Shown: in pieces, positions 11,160-20,262 of the stretch
Position numbering within the stretch: the stretch's first letter is position 1
Layout of the letters: every line of letters begins with the position of its first letter
From: Candidatus Fermentithermobacillaceae bacterium
GTDB lineage: Bacteria; Bacillota; Sulfobacillia; Fermentithermobacillales; DUSS01
Assembly: GCA_014896535.1 (NCBI GenBank)
Contig: JADBKE010000007.1
Coordinates: 4,358-68,357, forward strand
Direction of reading: 5' to 3'
Length of the DNA stretch: 64,000 bases
Notes under the pieces: model-generated
Database searches by the model: none
What the model saw: the letters and a program-made list of their open reading frames with translations, nothing else
Told to the model about the DNA's origin: nothing
Translations under genes and position numbers: made by a program

Positions 11160-11191
11160 CTCTTACTTAACTTTCGTCCCAGGGGTTGCCT

Positions 11192-11650
11192 TCAATCTGA
11201 GGACACGCTCGCGCAAATCTTGTCGAGGATGGTGACGAGTGTTTCCATCTCTTCCTCCGAGAGTCTGTTGGTGAGCCTCTCGATTTCCTCTCTCCTGCGT
11301 CTTTGAAGCTCCGCAAAGACCCGGCGACCTTTTTCGGTCATGGTGAGCCATACCACTCTCCTGTCCTCCTGGTCCCCTATCCTTTCAACGAGCTCCGCCC
11401 TGACCAGGCCATCCCCCAGGTACGTCACCGCGCTCGGGGTGACCTGCAGCTTGGCCGCAACCTGAGACACGGATGCCTTCCCGAGATCCGCCAGGATCTT
11501 GAGGAGGATGAACTGCGGAACGGAGACCCACCCCTTCACCACGTCCGAGAGAGACTTCGATAAAAGCTCGACCATCCGGGAAAGGAGGGAGTCCAGCCGG
11601 TCAAGGAGCACGGCCCGTTTGTTGTGCATCGGCATCTTCACCATCTTCAC
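11192..11650 (-). CDS. MarR family transcriptional regulator
   Basis: 152 aa with a winged-HTH core (VTPSAVTYLGDGLVRAELVERIGDQEDRRVVWLTMTEKGRR). Lies directly upstream of the RND pump on the same strand. Confidence 0.75.
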   Translation of the reverse strand: MKMVKMPMHNKRAVLLDRLDSLLSRMVELLSKSLSDVVKGWVSVPQFILLKILADLGKASVSQVAAKLQVTPSAVTYLGDGLVRAELVERIGDQEDRRVVWLTMTEKGRRVFAELQRRRREEIERLTNRLSEEEMETLVTILDKICASVSSD

Positions 11651-11893
11651 CCCCGGGAGCGCCTCGTTTAACTCGTGCGGAACGAAGTAATTAAGGTATT
11701 AGATGATTTAACCCCTTAAACATCGTCACCTGTATTATGGGACGTCTACACCTGGGGGTCAACTACTGCTGCCGTTGGCTGACCCAAAACTTGAAAAGTA
11801 CCGCCATGGCTAGCTTTCGACTCCGTGGGGGCGACGATGCTCTTCCAACTGGTCTCGGCGAGGTGCAAGCGTGGGAGCATCATCCTGACCTGA

Positions 11894-12049
11894 AACAAAG
11901 CATTCGGGGAGTGGGGTGAGATCTTCGGGGACACCGTAATGGCGACCGCGATCCTCGACCGGCTCTTGGATCATTTACATATCATTAACATCCGGGGCGA
12001 GAGCCGGCGGTTGCGGGAAAAGAAGCGTGCCCCCATAATCGAGGTTTCC
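11894..12049 (+). pseudogene. IS21-family IstB helper ATPase, C-terminal fragment only
   Basis: Open frame translates to ...FGEWGEIFGDTVMATAILDRLLDHLHIINIRGESRRLREKKRAP*, matching the conserved IstB C-terminus (EIFGD..ATAxLDRLLHH..I...GESYRL). No Walker motifs or upstream portion are present. Confidence 0.55.
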
Positions 12050-12060
12050 GCTGAAACAAC

Positions 12061-12365
12061 CTAGGTCGCTACGCGTCCGGAGCCGCAGGCTGCGGAAATG
12101 GCTGAGACATACCCCGGTCGAAGGGCCGAACTTGTCGGCGCCGAGCACTCCGCACAGGAATCTCTACGAGCAGCGACTACCTTCCCGCCATGGATCATTC
12201 CTGCTAATCCCCTCGATCGGTGGATTTCAGCAGCCTTACCCGCCGGCAATGTCACACCGCTATCGCACAGCTCAAGCGCACAGCGTAGAAAACTCTTCGG
12301 TCGGCGACCTCGCGGCATAAGCCCTGACAGCTAACCTCAGTTAGGTCCCGGGGTCGTGGCAGCAC
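12061..12365. repeat. ~300-bp conserved element, copy 1 (orphan CRISPR-leader-like sequence)
   Basis: Shares long blocks with 41658-41990, which is the leader of the large array: ctgcggaaatggctg, cttcccgccatNgatcattcctgctNatcccctc, cgcacagcNcaag.gcNcagcgtNgaaaactcNtcgg, gccctgacNgc..cctNagtta. It is preceded by a degenerate repeat-end-like ...ccgctgaaacaac. Confidence 0.5.
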
Positions 12366-12468
12366 CGTCCTTTCCTCACGCCTACTGCTGTGATAATGGG
12401 GCCGGTGGCGAGCCAATGAAGCACCGTCTCTCCCCCTGTGTACCAAACGGATGCCTCCGCTGCGAGAA

Positions 12469-13287
12469 CTAGAACGTCCAGGTTTCGCTTTCGCCGCAAC
12501 CAATCTCATCATCTGTTACAGCGAACATATGCTTCTGCTTACCGCTGGCACGAGCACCGTATCCTAAGTCAACCTTTACAATTGTGCCGGCGATCTCGCG
12601 GACAGCCGTTTCTTCGGCCGTTTGCCGTCTGGGAATGACATACTCCAAATCTCTATTCGCCGACAAAGACGCCGCAAGAGCTAAACCTATGCTCATGGAT
12701 TTGGTACCGCCGGTGTAGTCAGCGATGATCTCGTGTTCCCTCAGTCCGTACTTTGTCCTGGCTTCCTCGTAAATGTCGCGTACTTTTCTGAAAACCTCAG
12801 CCGGGTCGTAGGGGTTCCGGATGTCAACTTTGTGGAACTCGATACCAGTATCCTGATACTTGTTCCTTATTGCGTCAAAAACCTGGGAAGGGCCTTGTGG
12901 CTGGGAACTCGTTCCCACTAACAACCAGCAGTGTTTTAACGTTTTCTCGTGGTACTTTATGGCCACCTCAGCACTGGCCTCTGCGCCAACGCTCAGTATA
13001 GCGATCAGGCCCTTACGCGGCGTCGCCTCTTTCTCGCCGGATTCGGATCTTACCACCAGGCTAGCCCTGGCCCTTTCACTAGCAAGCTCCGCGAGCCGCC
13101 AGGTTATGAGGAGCGAGCCGATAACACCAAGCACCAAAGGCCCCATTTGCATCCACCGGCTACTTTGACTCCAGTAATCGGCTATCGAGTTCGAACCCAC
13201 ATTCTGGACGATTCCCCATAGGCACAAGATAACGAACCAAATGGCTTGTGACAGCTTGGGGAGCAATCTCATGAACCTGCCTCCCAA
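12469..13287 (-). CDS. membrane-anchored CARF-domain protein (Cam1-like, two N-terminal TM helices + CARF)
   Basis: 272 aa with two hydrophobic helices (AIWFVILCLWGIV, PLVLGVIGSLLITW) followed by a Rossmann-like domain. The domain carries the CARF signature DYTGGTKSMSIGLALAA and no recognisable enzymatic effector domain. Confidence 0.55.
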   Translation of the reverse strand: MGGRFMRLLPKLSQAIWFVILCLWGIVQNVGSNSIADYWSQSSRWMQMGPLVLGVIGSLLITWRLAELASERARASLVVRSESGEKEATPRKGLIAILSVGAEASAEVAIKYHEKTLKHCWLLVGTSSQPQGPSQVFDAIRNKYQDTGIEFHKVDIRNPYDPAEVFRKVRDIYEEARTKYGLREHEIIADYTGGTKSMSIGLALAASLSANRDLEYVIPRRQTAEETAVREIAGTIVKVDLGYGARASGKQKHMFAVTDDEIGCGESETWTF

Positions 13288-13372
13288 CCTCCTAACTGTT
13301 AGCCCCGGTCGCTGATTGGTAAGCTACGCTGCCAGCGTCGGCAGGCACTAACCCTGCTCGACGCGCAAATCC

Positions 13373-13792
13373 TCAGCCGCGAGTCTCCGTCAGGATCTCG
13401 GCGATCGTGCGCAAACTCTCGCGCGTGATGATATCCCTTATGCCGTATTCCCGCGCCCGATCTCGAAAGCTGACCGGAATCTCCTTTTCCGGCAGGCTCG
13501 AAACGAAGCACATTCGAGCGAACAACCCCACCCTCTGACGCAGCGCCTGAAGCTTATTCAAGGTTTCCTGACCACCGGGGTCGCCGGACTTGCATTCCAC
13601 GACAACGAACCGACCCCAGCCTGTCGCGGCAACGTCAAGTTCGTTTTCAAGGCCAGCGAGTTTCACATGCCACAAAACGTGGGCAAATCTCCTTTTCTGG
13701 CCCGGGGAGCTCTTACCCAAGAGATGATAGTCTAGAGGGATCGTCGACCTCTGGTGACCGCACCAGACGAACCTCAGTAAGAGCAAGACCAT
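13373..13792 (-). CDS. small PD-(D/E)xK (restriction-endonuclease-fold) nuclease-like protein
   Basis: 139 aa with the motif LENELDVAATGWGRFVVVECKSG (D...ExK). Sits immediately upstream of the TM-CARF gene and downstream of csx1, all on one strand. Confidence 0.45.
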   Translation of the reverse strand: MVLLLLRFVWCGHQRSTIPLDYHLLGKSSPGQKRRFAHVLWHVKLAGLENELDVAATGWGRFVVVECKSGDPGGQETLNKLQALRQRVGLFARMCFVSSLPEKEIPVSFRDRAREYGIRDIITRESLRTIAEILTETRG

Positions 13793-14154
13793 CCTGAGAA
13801 CACGGGATGATGTTCTGCATCCGCTGCTCGCTGAAAGTCGGAGGCCTCCTTATATGTGTAAACGCTGCCGTGCCGGACCTAGAGCGTTTGTCGGTTCAGC
13901 CATCTCCTTCCTTTGAGTGCCAGGGTAGCAACCTTCTTCGGCCGCGACATAGCAACCGTGCTCGTGCCAGTTTCTGCCCGCCGGGCCAGCATGGAGCACC
14001 ACCTGCAGCAACTCTCAGTCGCCGCTCGGGTTTTCCGGTCAGGACGATGGTCAGTCGCAGGGGATAACGGCCCTATTGCTAGACTCATCGGAAGCTTGCC
14101 GATTCTCCCCGTTCGTCCTTCTTTCTTACGCCCGAAGAACGTGTCCTGTGTTCG

Positions 14155-15516
14155 TCACGCACCCTGTGCCCCAGGCACCAAAAGCTTCTTCATACCCGCA
14201 ACTATCTTCGACATCCTTTTCCGTATGGATTCAGGCTCTGTGGGTCGGTCATTCATAGCGCAGTGAGCAACGTCGTTTCGCAACTGGCCTAGCTGCATCC
14301 ATAGCTTCACGATTTCATCTTTTTCCCGCAGCGCCTCTAACCGGTCGAGTATGTCCTCCTGACACTGGGCTTCTGGGCCCATGTTGCTGGAACGGGACGA
14401 GCTGACACGGGCACTGCAAGGCTCCCCCTGCTCGTTACGCTCCGCTGCTTTCGCTTTCTCGTTGAGGCGGAAGGCCACCACTTTTTCCCGCAAGTTCCGG
14501 TCAAGCCAGCGGCTGTGTTGTCCTGTCCGCCAGACCACCCAATTGATGAGCCACTCCCGGCCAAGCAACACCGCTTGTACGGTCAGATCCTTGTTAAGGT
14601 AGTATTCGATCAAGGCGAGTTGCCGCTGAAGGTGCTCGTCGTCAAGCGCAGACGCATTGGGTATCGCCAGCGGGCGGATTTCGTCTGTGAGGTCGGAAAG
14701 AACCAGACCGAAAGGCTTTGCCCAACGCGTAACCTCGTCTCGCACTTGGTCCGAGGCGCGCAGGATGTCGTGGGCCGCCTCGAGGGCGTCCAAAGGTCTT
14801 AATAAACGCACAGCCTCAGAAAAGGTTTTTATTGACCGAGCCATGCTCTGCAGACGGGCCCATCCCGCACGGTCCCGGTCTTCGCCGGACAGCCAGCCTC
14901 TGCGGTGGGCTTGATCCAACAAAAAAGCTAGCTTGCTGCCTTCGCTACGGACTTGGAATTCTTCGACCGCATGTAACCAGTCGTTCAGACTAACCAACAG
15001 CGTCAGGTCGAAGACAGGAGCCCTCGGCAAACCATTTGGTCCGGGCTGCCGGGCGTCAAACGCACCATACAGGATGCGCTCGAGACTGACCCCTTTTGTC
15101 ACCCGAAGATAGTTGATGACACCGAAAATCACAAACGGCAGGGACCTAAAACCGTGAGTTACATCGAACACAACCCGTGAGCCCTGAGGCACGGCTTGGG
15201 AAACTCTTTCGAAGATATCCCATAGCTCCGCATCGTTCTGCCCGGTCGGGATCAATATAGTTTCCAAGCGGTCACCTAATTGCTCCGATATCCGATGATA
15301 ATTATCGCTCTGGCTGGCTTCCCTAGTGACCATGAGTATGAGCTTGCAGGGTTCGAAGAAAAAGTCAATCGCGAGCGGGAACAGCGACGTCTGGTAGACA
15401 CGAGTTTCGGACGCCTCATGCAAGCAATACTCAACCACCTCGTATTCATTGGGACCGACGGTGCTTACCGCTATAAGCGGCGCCGCCTTCTGCCCTTGGC
15501 CAGGCATGGGGTACAC
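14155..15516 (-). CDS. csx1: Csx1-family CARF-HEPN ribonuclease
   Basis: 453 aa with an N-terminal CARF-like Rossmann domain (VFDVTHGFRSLP) and a C-terminal HEPN Rx4H motif (RNDVAH). Adjacent to the cmr genes. Confidence 0.75.
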   Translation of the reverse strand: MYPMPGQGQKAAPLIAVSTVGPNEYEVVEYCLHEASETRVYQTSLFPLAIDFFFEPCKLILMVTREASQSDNYHRISEQLGDRLETILIPTGQNDAELWDIFERVSQAVPQGSRVVFDVTHGFRSLPFVIFGVINYLRVTKGVSLERILYGAFDARQPGPNGLPRAPVFDLTLLVSLNDWLHAVEEFQVRSEGSKLAFLLDQAHRRGWLSGEDRDRAGWARLQSMARSIKTFSEAVRLLRPLDALEAAHDILRASDQVRDEVTRWAKPFGLVLSDLTDEIRPLAIPNASALDDEHLQRQLALIEYYLNKDLTVQAVLLGREWLINWVVWRTGQHSRWLDRNLREKVVAFRLNEKAKAAERNEQGEPCSARVSSSRSSNMGPEAQCQEDILDRLEALREKDEIVKLWMQLGQLRNDVAHCAMNDRPTEPESIRKRMSKIVAGMKKLLVPGAQGA

Positions 15517-15548
15517 CCCCTATGGCTCGTAACTCCAGAGATGCGGAC

Positions 15549-16559
15549 TCAGGCCTGGATGCTCGCAAGCAGCTCCTTGTACCACTCTTGATCCCGCCAG
15601 TTCCTCTCCTTACCGGCCTCTTTTACCTTCTCAAGGATGGCCTCAGCCAGGCACCGTTTGTCGCCGGGACTTGCCTCCACATTCCGCCATTGCTCGTAGA
15701 ACCAGCGAATGCGCCCTGGAACTTCGGACGTTTTCAACACCCGCAGCTGCCTCAAAAGCTGGGCCACTTTTGGATCCTCCCCAGCGGATGCTGGCTTTTC
15801 TTCTATTTCCACCACAGCCAGCTTGCCGTACCCACTTGAGGTTTTCGCTCCGACCCCGATGTGCTTGAGTGCTTGCGTCATCAAATCAAATGTCGCGTCA
15901 ACCCATCGTGGCGGACCCGCCAGTGCAAGCAGGTACCTCCCTGTCGCGGACAAGAATGGAACGGGGTTGGGGTTGTCCCAATCAGCGGGGGGCTTGCCGC
16001 CGTCACCGTAATAATCTTTGTGATGTACGGTGACAACGTCGGAATACAGAAGCCGCGAGTCCGGCAGCGGCATCGCATCGAAAAACGTCACGTATCCGGC
16101 CGTGTCAGTATCGCCGAAGACCACTTCGTAAGGCCCAACACAATGCTGGTCCGAGCGCTGACCACTTGGTTGCCATTCGTCCTGAAGGTACTCGCGAACG
16201 AATCTAGCGGTCACTCCTTTAAGAGCAGTGCCAGGAATGTAAGGAACCCCAAAGACGCGATGGAGCGTTACGGAGGTCTCGAGCACGCTCTCGTTGCCCA
16301 AACCAACTATCATCCGCCCCATAACCGAAGCTACCTTGCATACCGCCCCATAGTCGCGCAGCATTTTTCGCCAAAGCTCAAACCAATGAGCGTACGTCTC
16401 AGGTACCGGAATCTCCGAAACCTCGTCAACCAGGTTACGCTTGCTGCTCGTGTCACCCGGGTACTGGTTTTCAATAAACTTGTCCAGCCAGAGCCCCGCG
16501 TTTGACGCCAACTTATGTGGGTTTTTCCACCCGGCAAGGCAAGCTCGTCTTGTGCTCAT
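15549..16559 (-). CDS. cmr6: Cmr6 (type III-B Cas7-family RAMP)
   Basis: N-terminal NAGLWLDKF and glycine-rich GVPYIPGTALKGVTR motifs are typical of Cmr6. It is the last gene of the cmr operon. Confidence 0.8.
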   Translation of the reverse strand: MSTRRACLAGWKNPHKLASNAGLWLDKFIENQYPGDTSSKRNLVDEVSEIPVPETYAHWFELWRKMLRDYGAVCKVASVMGRMIVGLGNESVLETSVTLHRVFGVPYIPGTALKGVTARFVREYLQDEWQPSGQRSDQHCVGPYEVVFGDTDTAGYVTFFDAMPLPDSRLLYSDVVTVHHKDYYGDGGKPPADWDNPNPVPFLSATGRYLLALAGPPRWVDATFDLMTQALKHIGVGAKTSSGYGKLAVVEIEEKPASAGEDPKVAQLLRQLRVLKTSEVPGRIRWFYEQWRNVEASPGDKRCLAEAILEKVKEAGKERNWRDQEWYKELLASIQA

Positions 16560-16993
16560 AGCTCTCCCCCCACGTCGGCGTCCTGCTCTACGCCGAGGAC
16601 AGACTGAGCAAACCGCTTGTACCAGACAAGCGCGGCCAATACCCTCCTCGACAGATGCATATATTCCTCGAGGTCCGCCTTGCGGCTGCGGTCAATAAGC
16701 TTTTCCCGGTTTTCCAGGCCGACTACGCCAGCAATATGCTCGAGCAGTGCCTTCCCGGCATCACCCCCGCGTGCGTCAACGAAGGCCAACGCCTGGGCTA
16801 GTCCCGCCGTGCGTATGAGTACAGGTAACTTGTGTGCCAGTGAGCCGTATTTGTCGCAATAGTCTTCATTTATGATGTTACTGACCTGCTTGTAGATGTG
16901 CAGAGCGTACTCCTGGTTACGTGTCCGCACGGGCCATCCCTCCCACGAGCGTAAGCCTGCATAAGCCATGGCCGACTGTGGCCTTGCCGCCAA
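16556..16993 (-). CDS. cmr5: Cmr5 (Cas11 small subunit, type III-B)
   Basis: 145-aa alpha-helical protein lying between cmr4 and cmr6. Start likely at the internal Met. Confidence 0.6.
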   Translation of the reverse strand: MAARPQSAMAYAGLRSWEGWPVRTRNQEYALHIYKQVSNIINEDYCDKYGSLAHKLPVLIRTAGLAQALAFVDARGGDAGKALLEHIAGVVGLENREKLIDRSRKADLEEYMHLSRRVLAALVWYKRFAQSVLGVEQDADVGGEL

Positions 16994-17798
16994 TCTGCAG
17001 AGGTTTCTCGATCAGGCGGGCCAGAGTCCGGAATACTTCGTCGGGTTTTGCCATCACGGGAATCGCCGCTACCAAACCGTACAGGATTGTCTCGGCCGGC
17101 AGCATTTCTTCGTACCACAGCCCACCCCTCTCCACGGTCTTGGACTGCTCCTGCAGCCTGATTCTCGCCACTACCTCGGTAGCTGTGTCGAGCAAGAAAC
17201 TCATCACGTCGTCATCAACTATGCAAAACCGCCCCGTAAGCGTCTCCTGCCAGTACGCATCGCCGGGGAATACTTGCTTACCGACCCACTCGGCCCATGC
17301 CCGAGCATCGTCTGTGACAGCTGCCCGCAGGTCAAGGTCTTCTAAAATGACCTGTCCGTTGTGAACAATCGGGGCTTTTTCTTGAGAAACGATGCACATC
17401 CTTCGTTCGCCGGGCGATGGTACGTCTGCGGGGATTCCGGTAATTCCTGCGGCCTGCGCATCGCGGACAAGTCGCCGCAAGATAAACGGAGAGGTGACCC
17501 ACGCAAACGTCCCGATGAGGCTTCGTACCGGCATTAGCAAGAGCCGTTGGTCGGATACTTGAATCGAGCCTGCGTGCTCGTGCGCATAGTCCGTGTCCGG
17601 ACCGAACACCCTTTTCCGTAGGTCCTTGTCATCACAGGCATCCCGCAGAACGCCTTTGAGCGATGAACCGGGCAGGTATGGAATACCGGTTGACTTTTCT
17701 CGCGCAACAGGTAGGTCTATCACTCCCGTACCCTGCCCGGTACCCGGGTGCAGGGGCGACAAAGCATGTACAAAGAGAAGACGGGCGTTCACCACCAT
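16917..17798 (-). CDS. cmr4: Cmr4 (type III-B Cas7 backbone subunit)
   Basis: SPLHPGTGQGTGVIDLPVAREKSTGIPYLPGSSLKGVLRDA is the canonical Cmr4 N-terminal motif. Confidence 0.85.
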   Translation of the reverse strand: MVVNARLLFVHALSPLHPGTGQGTGVIDLPVAREKSTGIPYLPGSSLKGVLRDACDDKDLRKRVFGPDTDYAHEHAGSIQVSDQRLLLMPVRSLIGTFAWVTSPFILRRLVRDAQAAGITGIPADVPSPGERRMCIVSQEKAPIVHNGQVILEDLDLRAAVTDDARAWAEWVGKQVFPGDAYWQETLTGRFCIVDDDVMSFLLDTATEVVARIRLQEQSKTVERGGLWYEEMLPAETILYGLVAAIPVMAKPDEVFRTLARLIEKPLQIGGKATVGHGLCRLTLVGGMARADT

Positions 17799-17808
17799 GA
17801 CCTCCTCG

Positions 17809-19086
17809 TTAAAGAGTTTCTAGGAAAGCATCTAGAATGTCTTTCTTACCGCGTAGCGGCCGTATCATTTTGGCCTCTTCCGGAGTGAGAAGCGCCTCGA
17901 CAGGCACGTAGGGGAGCTTATCCAGCACAAGGTCGCCGGGGGGAAGGCCCGTGCCGTCGAGGACAATAGCCACCCCGACACCTCGGTCTCCGTCGCAAGC
18001 CAACGGGCGAAGTATCAACGGGCTAGCCAGCCGCTCGTAGTTCCTACCTCGTAAGATCACATCTTGTAGATTCTGGCCTCTGAAATGAAACACGATGGGC
18101 AGCCCAAATGCCGCCCTGGGGACTTTGATGACTGCTGGGGTACTCTTCGGCGGCGCTCCGGACGTCACAGCACGTATAGCACTTGCCTCCGGCCAGTCGC
18201 TCCGGCCGCGGCCCGAACGACCTCCCCGGCTCTGGCGAAATTCCCTAAGACGTGAAATAAGGTGTTCCCACGCCTCCCATGCGCTCGGTTTCGCACCGGT
18301 GATCCTCATCCTCGGTGTCGACGAGAGGTGCGGCACACCGCTTGGCCACTTGAGTGTGCCCGAAGCTTTCGGCTCGGTGCAATCGAGGTGCTCAGCGAGC
18401 TTTTGCCTAATCCAATTTTCGACGTCGCGAGGGTCGGGGAGCTTCACAGGGCAACGGTCCACGGCTACGAGTTTCAGCGCCCCGAACCCGCGCCGGGTCC
18501 GGGCACCAACGCCCCCGAAGGTTTCCCACGCCCAGAGCGCAGCCTCCACGTCTTCACTGATACGTTCGGGATAGGTGAGGGTGAGTTCGAAACTTACACC
18601 CACCCTGACCTTTCGCGCAAGCTGTCGACCCTGTGACTGCAGGGGAAAGGCAACATACGCGATGTTTTCCCAACCCTTAGCGGCCCTATTACGCGAGACA
18701 AATATCTCTTTATCCTCGCCCGCGTTTATCACCCGCACCGTAATCTGAACGTTCGAGGGGAACCCTTTCCGATCCGTTCCAGTAGTCCCCCATATCTCAT
18801 CCTCCCTCTTTTTCATCTCCGCCAGACTTCCGTTGAATCTCCCACCCCTGGTCGCCCGCCACCAAAACCGTAGCTGTCCCCGTATTTCCGTACCGCGAAC
18901 AGGCATAACGGGGTCCGGTACACCTGGCTCCACACCGCCTCCGAAAAGAGGCGTAATCAGTTCGTACTCCCGAACTTGCGTGGTCAACGCAACCTGCTCG
19001 GTGCCTACCCTACGCCGGCCCAAATGTGGGGTAACGGGCGGCGGAATGATCTCCCGGCCGCATTCGTCAGCAGGTATCTTCCTCAT
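17809..19086 (-). CDS. cmr1: Cmr1 (type III-B RAMP with two RRM domains)
   Basis: ITPLFGGG, IRGQLRFWWRA and G-rich loop GGVGARTRRGFGAL, followed by a second RAMP-like half (AAFGLPIVFHFRGQ). Its position between cmr3 and cmr4 is atypical. Confidence 0.6.
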   Translation of the reverse strand: MRKIPADECGREIIPPPVTPHLGRRRVGTEQVALTTQVREYELITPLFGGGVEPGVPDPVMPVRGTEIRGQLRFWWRATRGGRFNGSLAEMKKREDEIWGTTGTDRKGFPSNVQITVRVINAGEDKEIFVSRNRAAKGWENIAYVAFPLQSQGRQLARKVRVGVSFELTLTYPERISEDVEAALWAWETFGGVGARTRRGFGALKLVAVDRCPVKLPDPRDVENWIRQKLAEHLDCTEPKASGTLKWPSGVPHLSSTPRMRITGAKPSAWEAWEHLISRLREFRQSRGGRSGRGRSDWPEASAIRAVTSGAPPKSTPAVIKVPRAAFGLPIVFHFRGQNLQDVILRGRNYERLASPLILRPLACDGDRGVGVAIVLDGTGLPPGDLVLDKLPYVPVEALLTPEEAKMIRPLRGKKDILDAFLETL

Positions 19087-19092
19087 CCATCC

Positions 19093-20262
19093 CTACACCT
19101 CCAGGCGATGAAGCGTCCCATCCCAGACGCCCGCAGCAGCAAGACCGAATCCGTCCCGACGATCTTGGTCTTCATCGCTTACGCAACGCATCCACACGTT
19201 TTCGACCCAGGTCCGTATCGAAGTAGACTCGCCGTGAAGGCTCAGAAAGAACACAGTACCCGCCGGGACGAGGCGACGGGTCGGTTTGGCCTCCCCTTTC
19301 TCAACGTCCCACCCGGATACCACCTGGGGCCCGCGGAGCGCCAAAGCTCGAAGACATGGCGTTACTCCGAAGCGCGATGATAAGAGCCAAAAAGGTTTCC
19401 ACCCTTCCCTGAAATACGCCGGGGTGAGAAGTACCACCCGGCAGTGTCTCTGTGCCGCAATTTCGTCCTTCAATTCGCTGGGAAGGGGTGGGAGATCCCT
19501 TTTGCTTCTCCTCCAAAAAACCAGGCGCCCCTCGCCACCCAAACGCGAGACTCCCGGTTTGAGCTTGTTAGCATCGGTGGCGACTACCAGAGCCAAGCGC
19601 CGCGCGCCTCGGAGCGAGGGCTTCGCCCGCACGTAAGTAAACTCAAGTCCACGGGTTTGAAACAAAGCTCCGTTCTCCTCGTCAGCGGTGAGGGTGTCGG
19701 GTCTTATTCCTACGTGCATCCTCGATTCTGCTCCCGGGCCGTCAAAGCCAATATTGGCAACCACGTCCTCCACTTCCCGGGGCTCAATGAGCCACCGTTC
19801 GAACGAGCGCCACGACCAGAACCGGGGAGCTCTTTCATAACTCTTCCGTGGGTCCCGAACCGATAATCCAACAGGGACCAAACCGTCGGGAAGAGTGGTC
19901 TCGGTCCCTGGGGGCAGTTGGAGCGGAACACAGGGTCGTATCACAACCTTGCCAGGAGCAGACTCCGCCGCCTCAAACAGCACAGCGTCGGCCGGGGCGG
20001 GAGCGTACCAATCCGCGACGTCCCCGTCATCGTCGAGTTCAACCAGGAGTGGCCCACGGACTTCCAACTGCTTCACTCTGGGGATTTCGGACTTTGCAAA
20101 GGCACCGCACGCGTCAAGACCATCCCGCGTCCGGACAGCGCCTGCGATCGTCGAGGGAAAGGGGAACGGCAGTGACAACGCCCGTGCCCCCGGTGTACGG
20201 CCGAACGGTCGACCATCCCGAAAGATAACCGGGTCTCGCGGTTCTATCACCCACACATTCAT
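19093..20262 (-). CDS. cmr3: Cmr3 (type III-B Cas5-family subunit)
   Basis: N-terminal IEPRDPVIFRDGRPFG is a Cmr3 hallmark. Lies immediately downstream of cas10. Confidence 0.8.
   Translation of the reverse strand: MNVWVIEPRDPVIFRDGRPFGRTPGARALSLPFPFPSTIAGAVRTRDGLDACGAFAKSEIPRVKQLEVRGPLLVELDDDGDVADWYAPAPADAVLFEAAESAPGKVVIRPCVPLQLPPGTETTLPDGLVPVGLSVRDPRKSYERAPRFWSWRSFERWLIEPREVEDVVANIGFDGPGAESRMHVGIRPDTLTADEENGALFQTRGLEFTYVRAKPSLRGARRLALVVATDANKLKPGVSRLGGEGRLVFWRRSKRDLPPLPSELKDEIAAQRHCRVVLLTPAYFREGWKPFWLLSSRFGVTPCLRALALRGPQVVSGWDVEKGEAKPTRRLVPAGTVFFLSLHGESTSIRTWVENVWMRCVSDEDQDRRDGFGLAAAGVWDGTLHRLEV

Noticed and set aside
12061-12365. Identification of the duplicated ~300-bp element as tmRNA, RNase P RNA, SRP RNA, 6S RNA or a group II intron domain
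   Set aside because: None of the hallmark motifs is present: no tmRNA tag ORF or CCA-end context, no RNase P P4 consensus, no domain V AGC...GAAA hairpin. The leader-like/orphan-leader interpretation fits the position of copy 2 better.
16968-17364. Plus-strand ORFs (125-147 aa) inside cmr4/cmr5
   Set aside because: Antisense to genes with canonical Cmr motifs.
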